Shown here one piece after another: positions 26,598 through 34,687 of a stretch of DNA of 64,000 nt. Within the stretch, counting starts at the first letter, position 1. Every line of letters begins with the position of its first letter. A program made the translations under genes and the position numbers. Below the pieces are notes generated by a model. That model saw nothing but the letters and a program-made list of their open reading frames with translations. It did not search any database and was not told where the DNA came from. Location: positions 23,021 to 87,020 of the forward strand of contig CAZLAM010000018.1 in NCBI GenBank assembly GCA_964557435.1, given 5' to 3'. The stretch is from an uncultured Eubacteriales bacterium (GTDB taxonomy: Bacteria > Acidobacteriota > Aminicenantia > Aminicenantales > UBA4085).

Positions 26598-28603
26598 TGT
26601 GGATTCTTTCCTCTTTTTTGGGATTCGGCGATCCAAACGGTCATGTCTCCGGCCCCCCGGTTAGCCCAGGCGTAGTAAGGAACAGCTTGAAAAGCGATAA
26701 CGTCCCCCCCGCCGGAGAGACCTTGTCCCCGAATAACGGTCACGCCGCCGAGAAGATCAACCCGGCGTTCCGCCGTGATGGCCGCGTCTTCCGGCAGGGA
26801 CAGTTTCAGAATGTCGCCGGGATTGTCGGTGCTTTCCAGACAGTAGAGGAGCGGTCCGCGCATCAGCGCCACTCGCCCCCGATCGGCCTCCACGGCGGGG
26901 TTCGCCCGCACGCGGCGGACCGGCATGGGCAGGTCCAGTTCCAGGATGTCGCCTTTTTCCCAGGCCCGCCGGATCCGGGCATAACCATTCCTGATATCGA
27001 GGGTCCCGACGGACTTGCCGTTGACGGCCATCGTGGCGCCCGTCCGAACCCCGGTGCCGACGGCCGCGAATCGGTACAGATCGGTTTTGACCGGTCCGGC
27101 GCCCGTCCAGGCGGGGATCCGAACGTTCAGGGTGAACACATCCGATCCCTCCGGTTCGATGCCGATCTTTACCTTCCCCTCCCAGGGATATCGGGTCGTC
27201 TGGGTGAGCTTGATGAAGCCTCCCTTCCACGGAACGGCGGCCGCGCTATCCATGAAAAGGTTCACGAAGATCCCCTCGGCGTCCAGGGCAAACACAAAAT
27301 TTCCCACTTGGGGGATAAGGCGTACGACGTTGCTCGGACAGCAGGCCGGGTCGGACCAGCGGTCACGGCGCAGGCCGCTCCGGCCGGCCAGCGGGTTCTC
27401 ATAGAAGAACTCGTCGCCGGACAGGGAAACGCCCGACAGAAATCCGTTGTAGAGGCCGAGTTCCAGGACATCGATGTATTTTGCATCACCCTCGAGCAAG
27501 CTCAGCCGATGGTTCCAGAGGATATTGGCGACGGCCGCGCAGGTTTCGCCGTAGGCTTTTTCATTGGGGAGGTTGTAGGGAGTCCCGAAGCCTTCGTCCC
27601 CGTATTGAGCCGTCCCGACGCCGCCCGTTATGTAAAGCTTCTTCCCGGCAACGTTGTCCCAGATCCGGCCGACGGCCTGCCGATAGCCCGGATTTCCGGT
27701 TACAGCGGCAACATCGGCCATGGCCGCATACATGTATCCCGCCCGGACGGCATGCCCGACGGCCTCGTCCTGCTCGATGACGGGTAAATGGTCCTGGCGG
27801 TAACGGCGAGTCGACCAGATGGATCTCCGGTTATTCGGGTCGATGGTGTCCTGGCGCACGGATTCCTCCGGCGTCGGACGGCGGTGTTCGGTGCCGTGGG
27901 CGAACCCCCGCTCGTCGAGGAAAAATTTGGCCAGATCGAAATAGCGCCGCGTCCCCGTCGCCTTGAAAAGCTTGACCAGGGCCAGTTCGACTTCCTGATG
28001 GCCGGAAACCTCATAGCGCTTGCCGGGTCCAAAGACGGAATCGATATGGTCGGCCAGGCGGAGGGCGACGTCGAGAATTTTCCGTTTTCCGGTGGCCTGA
28101 GCATAGGCCGCGGCGGCCTCGAAGAGATGGCCCGCGCAGTAGAGCTCGTGCTCCGTCGGCGCCATCGCCCACTTCACCACGGGTGTGCGGGTCGCGAAAT
28201 GCGTGTTGAGGTAACCGTCCTTCTGCTGGGCCGCCGCGATAGCCTCGATCAGGCGGTCAACGTACGCTTCCAACTCCGGGTCCGGATGGATCGTCAGGCT
28301 GTAGGCGGCGCCTTCGATGATCTTGTAAACGTCCGAATCATAAGCGTGGGAACCCTTGGAAACACCGGGTTCCCAGCCCGCGGCGATGCGGAAATTGCCG
28401 ATGTTTCCGGAAGCTTCGCACTCCCGGAAAGCCGCAGGCAAACTGACTGTTCGATTCCGCTCGATTCGGGGCGCCCAAAAATCATCGGTAATCCGGACCT
28501 GGGCGTAGGAGACGGCTTCGAACGGCTTAGTCCCGGCCCGGTCCGCTCCCGCCGAACCTAGAACAACCCCAAACAGGGCCATGATTTGCAGAATGCGCAT
28601 CAT
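26594..28603 (-). CDS. GH127 beta-L-arabinofuranosidase-type glycoside hydrolase (DUF1680)
   Basis: Signal peptide. DUF1680/GH127 layout with E-T-C (YGETCAAV) and C-C (DPACCPSN), the zinc/nucleophile cysteine pattern known from HypBA1-type enzymes. Confidence 0.85.
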   Translation of the reverse strand: MMRILQIMALFGVVLGSAGADRAGTKPFEAVSYAQVRITDDFWAPRIERNRTVSLPAAFRECEASGNIGNFRIAAGWEPGVSKGSHAYDSDVYKIIEGAAYSLTIHPDPELEAYVDRLIEAIAAAQQKDGYLNTHFATRTPVVKWAMAPTEHELYCAGHLFEAAAAYAQATGKRKILDVALRLADHIDSVFGPGKRYEVSGHQEVELALVKLFKATGTRRYFDLAKFFLDERGFAHGTEHRRPTPEESVRQDTIDPNNRRSIWSTRRYRQDHLPVIEQDEAVGHAVRAGYMYAAMADVAAVTGNPGYRQAVGRIWDNVAGKKLYITGGVGTAQYGDEGFGTPYNLPNEKAYGETCAAVANILWNHRLSLLEGDAKYIDVLELGLYNGFLSGVSLSGDEFFYENPLAGRSGLRRDRWSDPACCPSNVVRLIPQVGNFVFALDAEGIFVNLFMDSAAAVPWKGGFIKLTQTTRYPWEGKVKIGIEPEGSDVFTLNVRIPAWTGAGPVKTDLYRFAAVGTGVRTGATMAVNGKSVGTLDIRNGYARIRRAWEKGDILELDLPMPVRRVRANPAVEADRGRVALMRGPLLYCLESTDNPGDILKLSLPEDAAITAERRVDLLGGVTVIRGQGLSGGGDVIAFQAVPYYAWANRGAGDMTVWIAESQKRGKNPQ

Positions 28604-28633
28604 TCACCGTCAAACGGCTGAATTGACGATCGG

Positions 28634-30766
28634 CTATTTCTTCTCCAGCATCTTGATCGCGGCGTCGGCCGCTCTTTTGACCATGTTCTGGTGGGACGGA
28701 AGGGACGCCGACTGCCGTAGAAAGGGGATCACGGCCGGGTCGCCGGTCTTGCCCAGGGCGCGCAGAGCTTCGGCCTGAACCCGACCGCTGGCATCCTTCT
28801 TGAAAAGATCCTGATAGAATCCGGCCAGGCCGCGGTCTTGGCGTTCACCGAGGGCCAGGACGGCCGCCGTCCGGACCGAAGAATTCGAGTCCTGGCAGGC
28901 TTTTTTGATGACGGCGGGGATTTGGGGCGAGGGGATCTTGGCCAAGGCCTCGACGGCGCTTCGGCGGACCGCCCAGAACGGATCGCTTTGGGCGCTCAGA
29001 CCCAGTCCCGCGGCCGTGCGGGGGTCGTCCTTGAAACGCAGGAGCTCCCCGGCGGCTCCCATCCGTCCGATCACGTCATCGTTCTTGAGCTGAAAGAGCA
29101 GCTCGTCCTGGTCCCGGGGAAACGAAACTTCCTTGATGAGCGTATTGCCTTCATCGAACCGGACCAGAAGGGGCTTTGTTTCGGCCGGGAATTCAAACGT
29201 CTCTTCGCGCTCTCGGATCCAGACCTTTTTCGTGTCCTTCCCCTTGGCCGTGACGATTTTGACGGCGACGGGAACCCTGAACACGGGAATCCCCCGGCTG
29301 AAATCCTGGACCTGAACGACCTTGAGCCGGACGACCTTACGCGCTTCGTCCCATTCGCTTTTAATGTCGAAGACCGGGTGGCCTGGTTTGAACAGCCACT
29401 GGTCGAAGAACCAATCGAAGTTCTGTCCTGTAACCGTCTTCACGGAGCGGATGAAGTCGTGCGTATCCACGGCGTCGAAGGCGTAGCGGTTCAAAAAATG
29501 GCTGATGGTCTTGAAGAAGGGCTCCTCTCCGACCATGGTCCGCAGCATGTGGAGGACCAGTGCCCCTTTGGGATACGAGTGGGAGTCGAACATATCCCCG
29601 GGTTTATCATAGCGGTCGGAGACGATCGGCCGGATATAACGGGTCTTGGCTTCCCGGAGATAGCCGTTCAATTTGCCCAGCAGGTTGACGGCGCCCTCGT
29701 CATCGCCCTTTTCGAACCGGAAATAAAGGTAATCCGAATACGTTCCGAAGCTCTCGTTCATCCAGGTATGGGCCCAGCTCCGTAGGGTGATGAGATCGCC
29801 CCACCACTGGTGGGCCAGCTCGTGGGAGACGATGCCGATGGCGGAGAAATCCGGCTCGTCCTTCTCGCCGACCATGATCCGATGGGTCATGGCCGTGGCC
29901 GAAGTGCTCTCGGCGCCTCCGCCGGAGGGAACCGAGATCTGATCGTACTTCTGCCAGGGATAGTCAAAGCCGAAAGTTTTGTTGAAGAACTCGATCATTT
30001 TCGGCGTCTTGCCGTAGGTGGGGAAGGCCTTCTTCTCGTCCTGAGGATAGACCCAGTAGTTCACGGGCAGGGTCTTGTACGAATCCCGGACCACCACATA
30101 GGGGGCGGCGGCGAAAAAGATGAGATACGTCGAATGGGGGAGTTCCTGGGACCAATGGTACGTCACCAACCCGGTAGCCTTGTCCTCGACGACGCTGTCC
30201 AGCCGGCCGTTCGCGGCGACCTTGAGGCCGGATTTGACCGAGACGATGAGCTCGTTGGTGACTTTGTCGTTGGGGTAGTCAAAGCAGGGAAACCAGTGGT
30301 GGACGTTATCGGGGAACGAATCGGAAAACGCCATCTTGGGATTATCCGGCGTCTCCTCGGCGAACCGCATCCCGATCTTGGGGTCCCGGCCATTGTAAAA
30401 GCAAGTGAACGAAGCGATTTCGCCGAACTTGAAGGGCCGGGGAAGGAACACCTTGAGCTCCTTGTCCGACTGCTCGAATTTCAGGGGCGCGCCATAGTCG
30501 CTGAGGACGGACGTCACGGCGAACTCTTCGGCGTCGAGGATGCAGACATCAAGCCCGTCTCTGAGCGAGGAGACTATCACCGTTGTTTCCCCGGCGAAGG
30601 ACTTGCCGTCGATATCGAGCTTGAGCTTGATCCGGTAATGGATCGCGTCATAGCTCCGGCTGCGCTCGGACTGGAGGGTCATCTTGGAAAAATCGATCGT
30701 TTGGGCAGGGGCGGCCAAAACGAGGGCCAGGACCAGCCCGGCGATGACAGTGAGTTTTTTCATCAT
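28634..30766 (-). CDS. M1-family zinc aminopeptidase with C-terminal HEAT repeats (paralogue of 13779-16007)
   Basis: HELAHQWWGD...WMNESFGTY. Signal peptide MMKKLTVIAGLVLALVLAAPAQ. Start at ATG 30766 is preferred (AGGAGA RBS, 8-nt spacing). The alternative ATG 30805 would overlap the upstream stop (ATGA). Confidence 0.88.
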   Translation of the reverse strand: MMKKLTVIAGLVLALVLAAPAQTIDFSKMTLQSERSRSYDAIHYRIKLKLDIDGKSFAGETTVIVSSLRDGLDVCILDAEEFAVTSVLSDYGAPLKFEQSDKELKVFLPRPFKFGEIASFTCFYNGRDPKIGMRFAEETPDNPKMAFSDSFPDNVHHWFPCFDYPNDKVTNELIVSVKSGLKVAANGRLDSVVEDKATGLVTYHWSQELPHSTYLIFFAAAPYVVVRDSYKTLPVNYWVYPQDEKKAFPTYGKTPKMIEFFNKTFGFDYPWQKYDQISVPSGGGAESTSATAMTHRIMVGEKDEPDFSAIGIVSHELAHQWWGDLITLRSWAHTWMNESFGTYSDYLYFRFEKGDDEGAVNLLGKLNGYLREAKTRYIRPIVSDRYDKPGDMFDSHSYPKGALVLHMLRTMVGEEPFFKTISHFLNRYAFDAVDTHDFIRSVKTVTGQNFDWFFDQWLFKPGHPVFDIKSEWDEARKVVRLKVVQVQDFSRGIPVFRVPVAVKIVTAKGKDTKKVWIREREETFEFPAETKPLLVRFDEGNTLIKEVSFPRDQDELLFQLKNDDVIGRMGAAGELLRFKDDPRTAAGLGLSAQSDPFWAVRRSAVEALAKIPSPQIPAVIKKACQDSNSSVRTAAVLALGERQDRGLAGFYQDLFKKDASGRVQAEALRALGKTGDPAVIPFLRQSASLPSHQNMVKRAADAAIKMLEKK

Positions 30767-30801
30767 GATGTTTCTCTCCTTGGATGGATATCGTCCCGCG
30801 T

Positions 30802-32199
30802 TCATTGGCGGCCTTTTTCCTTGAGGGTCTGGAGGATCCCGTCCGCCTTCATCAGGGCTTCAACTTCCTGGACCGTCCGGGGGACCCCGAGCGACAAATT
30901 TTCGCACCCGTTTTCGGTGATGGCGATGGTGTCCTCGATTCGGATCCCGATCTCCTCCTCGACGCGGAACAACTGGATGTCGCAAGCGAAGACGAACCCG
31001 GGGGTGAGGACTTCCTTGGACCCGGCGAACGTCCCCGTGACGTCGTGAGTGGCCAGACCGATCATGTGGTTATAACCGCCGAGGCGGACGATCCCGCGGA
31101 AGTCCTTGGCGTACTTGTCCAGGCCTTTTTCCTTGAGCATGGCCTCGACTTTCTCCCCGACCTGTCCGAAAGTGAGGCCGGGTCGATAGTTCGCTAAGCA
31201 GACGTCGCGCACGGCCAGGGCGGCCTCATAGAGCTCCTTCTGGCGGGGCGAGAACGTCCCCGAGGCGGGAAAAGTCGTGGAGATGTCCACGTGATAATCG
31301 GCGTAATCGGGGCCGGCATCCAGGATAACGAAATCGCCGGATTTCAGGACCCGGTCATAGATGTGGTAGTGCCCGTAGGCGTGGTTCTTCCCGGACATCA
31401 GAATCGGGCTGTAGGCCATGTCGACCGCCCCTTCCAGCCGGCAGACGAACTGGAACACGGCGGCCAGGGCCTTCTCGGAGACGCCGGGCCGGGTCGACTG
31501 GATCAGGGCGTTGTGGGCTTTGACCCCGATCTTGGCCGCACGGCGCATTACGTCCAGCTCGGCGGCCGACTTGATTTTGCGCAAGTCCCAGACCATGGCC
31601 GAGCAGTCCCGGACATCGACCTGGGGAAACTTGTCCCGCATTTGTTTGATGAACTGGAGCTCCCGGGTGAGCCGCCCGTCCCAGATATTCTGGGTCATGG
31701 TCTTCTGGAGGGAGTTGAATTTCTCGTTGGTGTTCTCCGCCCCCAGCTCCTCGGGCTTGAACATCGTGTAAAAAACGCGGGTCCGTTGGCTCAACCCCGT
31801 CAGGGTGGACCCGAATTGCTCGGCGGTGAGGACCTTCTCGATCCCCGTATATTCTTTGGGGGTCTTGATCAAATCCAGGGAAATGCCCTCGCTGTCGGCC
31901 TCCTTCTCGGTCATGGTGAAAAAGAGGAGACTCTCTTTCCGGACACCATCGATGATGAGAGTGGCGTTGGGAATGGCGACCCCGGTAAAATAGGCGAAAT
32001 CGTGGCCCTGCCGGAACAAGACATCGGCGGCCGGTGTGGCCGCGCCGAGAAACACAGCCACTCCGTCGGGGATTTTGTCCATCAACCGGCCTCGGCGGGC
32101 GGCATATTCGCTTTTTTCGAAGAGACTGCCCGCTGAAACCGACTGGGCAAAAAAGGCCAGAGTGAGTATCAATCCGAACACCCGGAGGCAACGATTCAT
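30802..32199 (-). CDS. Secreted M24B Xaa-Pro aminopeptidase-like metallopeptidase
   Basis: GAGGAGAAAC RBS and signal peptide. AMP_N-like N-domain plus pita-bread domain (VILDAGPDYADYHVDISTTF, HMIGLATHD, IRIEDT). Confidence 0.85.
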   Translation of the reverse strand: MNRCLRVFGLILTLAFFAQSVSAGSLFEKSEYAARRGRLMDKIPDGVAVFLGAATPAADVLFRQGHDFAYFTGVAIPNATLIIDGVRKESLLFFTMTEKEADSEGISLDLIKTPKEYTGIEKVLTAEQFGSTLTGLSQRTRVFYTMFKPEELGAENTNEKFNSLQKTMTQNIWDGRLTRELQFIKQMRDKFPQVDVRDCSAMVWDLRKIKSAAELDVMRRAAKIGVKAHNALIQSTRPGVSEKALAAVFQFVCRLEGAVDMAYSPILMSGKNHAYGHYHIYDRVLKSGDFVILDAGPDYADYHVDISTTFPASGTFSPRQKELYEAALAVRDVCLANYRPGLTFGQVGEKVEAMLKEKGLDKYAKDFRGIVRLGGYNHMIGLATHDVTGTFAGSKEVLTPGFVFACDIQLFRVEEEIGIRIEDTIAITENGCENLSLGVPRTVQEVEALMKADGILQTLKEKGRQ

Positions 32200-32264
32200 T
32201 TGAGTTTCTCCTCAGCAGGACACCCGTGTCCAAGATCTTCAGATATATTAGATATCTACGCCAT

Positions 32265-32293
32265 TATAGAAGACCGGCTTCCTCCAGACAAGG
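32265..32293 (-). promoter_or_regulatory. Sigma70-like promoter for the M24-M1-GH127-GH29 run
   Basis: On the minus strand: TTGTCT (32293-32288), 17-nt spacer, perfect TATAAT (32270-32265), about 66 nt upstream of ATG 32199. Two palindromes lie between it and the RBS. Confidence 0.4.
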
Positions 32294-32337
32294 ATTTTTG
32301 CAAGAACACATGGAGGTCATGACCGGACGGCACCGGC

Positions 32338-34485
32338 CTATTCAACTTTCGTCCCGGCGGCCGGAGAAACGGAGATTCGGACGGGAACGGCGGATTCCAG
32401 GCGGACCCACAGCACGAGGTCGTCGCCTTCGAGTCCGTGAACATGACCGGCGCGGACATCCGGGCCGAGCGGAGCGGGCTTGCCGTCGATCGTGACGAAC
32501 GGGACGGCCGGGCCCCAGTTGCGGATCCGCAGCACCGGATTCAAAACCGGCGATGCCGCGGTCGCCCGGAGCGTGACAGCCAGGTCCGACGATGCGTCCG
32601 GGCCGCGGCGGGCCAGGACGAAGGCCCGCTGGGTCGGATCGTAGCCTTCGTCGGCGAAACCGTCCCCGGCGATTTCCAAGCGGGGCGGCGAGAGCCATGA
32701 TTTCGCCAGCGGCAGCAGCGCGGAGGCCGATTTTTCGGTCAAACCGTTAAGCATGATCATAGTGATGCCGTCGTCCGTCTCTTCATAGGGCCGCCACGAC
32801 TGGATGTGGGCCAACGAACTGTGTGAGACGCGGTCCGGGGCGACCGCCCAGCGGCCGTTGGAGCGGATCTGCTGGGAGACGGGCCAGTGATTCCACCACG
32901 GAAAAATGGACCGTTCCCGGATGATCTCACCGGCGTAGCAATCGATGGCCACGTTTCTCGGATCGACGACGACGTAGGGGCTGAACTTGGCCTTGAGGTT
33001 CACCCGCAGGATGTTGCCGCCGGCCGGGAGCGTCAGCCATTTGTGCGCGCCCGTATCCTGGTCGCTGATCCGATGCAGGAGGGTCAGCGTTTCCTCGCTG
33101 AAGTCGGCCGGATAACCCGGCGCCTCGCGGGCCCAGGAGTAGGTATGGGTTTCCCCCTTCATGTTGGCCAGGGTCAGGGCATCGGCCTGAATATTGTCTT
33201 CGGGGCGGGTGCCGGGCGGGTTGATGATGATGGCTTCGTGATACTGGCGGAAATTCTCCAGGCCCTGGCCCTCGGCCGGATTCACCCTCGGATTGGAGGA
33301 CCAGACCTTGATTTTGCGGATGCACGTCCCGTCCGGATAGACCGTGTATGTCTCCTCAACCCAATCGCTCCAGCCGGTCAACGGATCCACATGGACGAGA
33401 TCATAATTGACGCTGACCGGGGAGTACCGCCACAGCACGACCACGCGGGCTTCGTTGCTTTCCAGTATCCGGGCGGATGAAAACCGGGCCTGTTTGTCGG
33501 CCATGGGCTCGGCGCTGGTTTCCATGGCCCGGTTCTGGGTTTCATAGAATTCGTTGGTATACCAGATCCCGTTTTCCGTCACCCAGGCCGGAATATAGCT
33601 GGTGCCGCGCCAGAAGATCAGCCGGTTCGGGTTCTCATCGAAGCGGACGACGACGTCCGCCTCGTCCCCCACGCGCCACGGGTTCTCCCATTCCTCGGCA
33701 TACTTGAGCCGCGTATAGTAAGCCCCGAAACGGCCCGGCCCCTTCGGTCCGGAGGGAAGCACCGGAGGCCGGAGCGGCGGCAGGCCGGAGGGAACCAGGA
33801 CGGCATAGGCGGCCGCGGGCTCTCCGGCGGCCGGGACGCGGTCATGGATCCGGATCTCGTCGAGGATCCCGTCGAAGGAGAACGCCACCGGGGCGACGAC
33901 CTTGATCTCTTCGCTGAGTCCGAGCGGGGTTTGGTTCCGGCCGATCCACAGGTCGGCCTCAGGCGCAAAGCGCGGCGTTCCGGAAATCTTCGTTTCGCCG
34001 ACGAGAGTCCCGTTCAGGTACAGCTTGATCCCGGAGGCCGGGTCAAAGGCGGCGACGAGATGGTTCCACGCGTACAGCGGGAGCTTGACCGTCGATCGGC
34101 TCTCCCGCCATTGGCCGTCCACGGCCACCTGCAGCCCGAAGCGCCCCTCGGGATCGATCCCGAAGAAATAACCGGCCTGGTGGTCCTTTTCCTGATTGAC
34201 GACGGCGCACCACGTCCAGGGATAGGTCTGGACGGCGACCCACGCTTCGATGGAAAACGCGCCGCCGAGCCGGGGCGCCTTCGACGCGCCGCGGATCACT
34301 GCCGTCGTTTGTCCGTCGAAGCGGAGGCCGTTTCCGGCGACGCCGGGGACGAACTTTTGAAAGCCGCGGATTTCGTCGCCCTCTTTTCCCCGTTCGAACG
34401 ACCAGGACGCGGCGGGCTTCTGATCCGCCGCAAATGCCGGGACGGCGAGAAGAACGGCCAAGCTCCAGAGCGTGAATCGACGCAT
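32338..34485 (-). CDS. Secreted LamG (concanavalin A-like) domain protein with large uncharacterised C-terminal region
   Basis: Start set to ATG 34485 (AGGAGG RBS); the ORF-track start 34500 is a TTG. Signal peptide. LamG-like N-domain (GNGLRFDGQTTAV...FSIEAWV...WNHLVAAFD...LYLNGTLV...FDGILDEIRIHDR). Confidence 0.75.
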   Translation of the reverse strand: MRRFTLWSLAVLLAVPAFAADQKPAASWSFERGKEGDEIRGFQKFVPGVAGNGLRFDGQTTAVIRGASKAPRLGGAFSIEAWVAVQTYPWTWCAVVNQEKDHQAGYFFGIDPEGRFGLQVAVDGQWRESRSTVKLPLYAWNHLVAAFDPASGIKLYLNGTLVGETKISGTPRFAPEADLWIGRNQTPLGLSEEIKVVAPVAFSFDGILDEIRIHDRVPAAGEPAAAYAVLVPSGLPPLRPPVLPSGPKGPGRFGAYYTRLKYAEEWENPWRVGDEADVVVRFDENPNRLIFWRGTSYIPAWVTENGIWYTNEFYETQNRAMETSAEPMADKQARFSSARILESNEARVVVLWRYSPVSVNYDLVHVDPLTGWSDWVEETYTVYPDGTCIRKIKVWSSNPRVNPAEGQGLENFRQYHEAIIINPPGTRPEDNIQADALTLANMKGETHTYSWAREAPGYPADFSEETLTLLHRISDQDTGAHKWLTLPAGGNILRVNLKAKFSPYVVVDPRNVAIDCYAGEIIRERSIFPWWNHWPVSQQIRSNGRWAVAPDRVSHSSLAHIQSWRPYEETDDGITMIMLNGLTEKSASALLPLAKSWLSPPRLEIAGDGFADEGYDPTQRAFVLARRGPDASSDLAVTLRATAASPVLNPVLRIRNWGPAVPFVTIDGKPAPLGPDVRAGHVHGLEGDDLVLWVRLESAVPVRISVSPAAGTKVE

Positions 34486-34601
34486 CCGACCTCCTGACAA
34501 TTCCGGTCCTCCCCCGGGGAGGATAAATTTGGAAAACCATTATACGGCTTCGAGCCCGATTTTGAAGGATATTTTTTATTTTTCGGCGCGCGGCGGCAGG
34601 G

Positions 34602-34631
34602 TTGACAGGGATTCTCCGTTTAACATACATT
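34602..34631 (+). promoter_or_regulatory. Sigma70-like promoter for the beta-helix gene
   Basis: TTGACA (34602-34607), 18-nt spacer, TACATT (34626-34631), about 57 nt upstream of ATG 34688. Confidence 0.35.
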
Positions 34632-34687
34632 CAGCCGGAAAGCCGGGGCGAAAAAAATTCAGTCTTGGTCTTGAAGGAGAAACAAAA

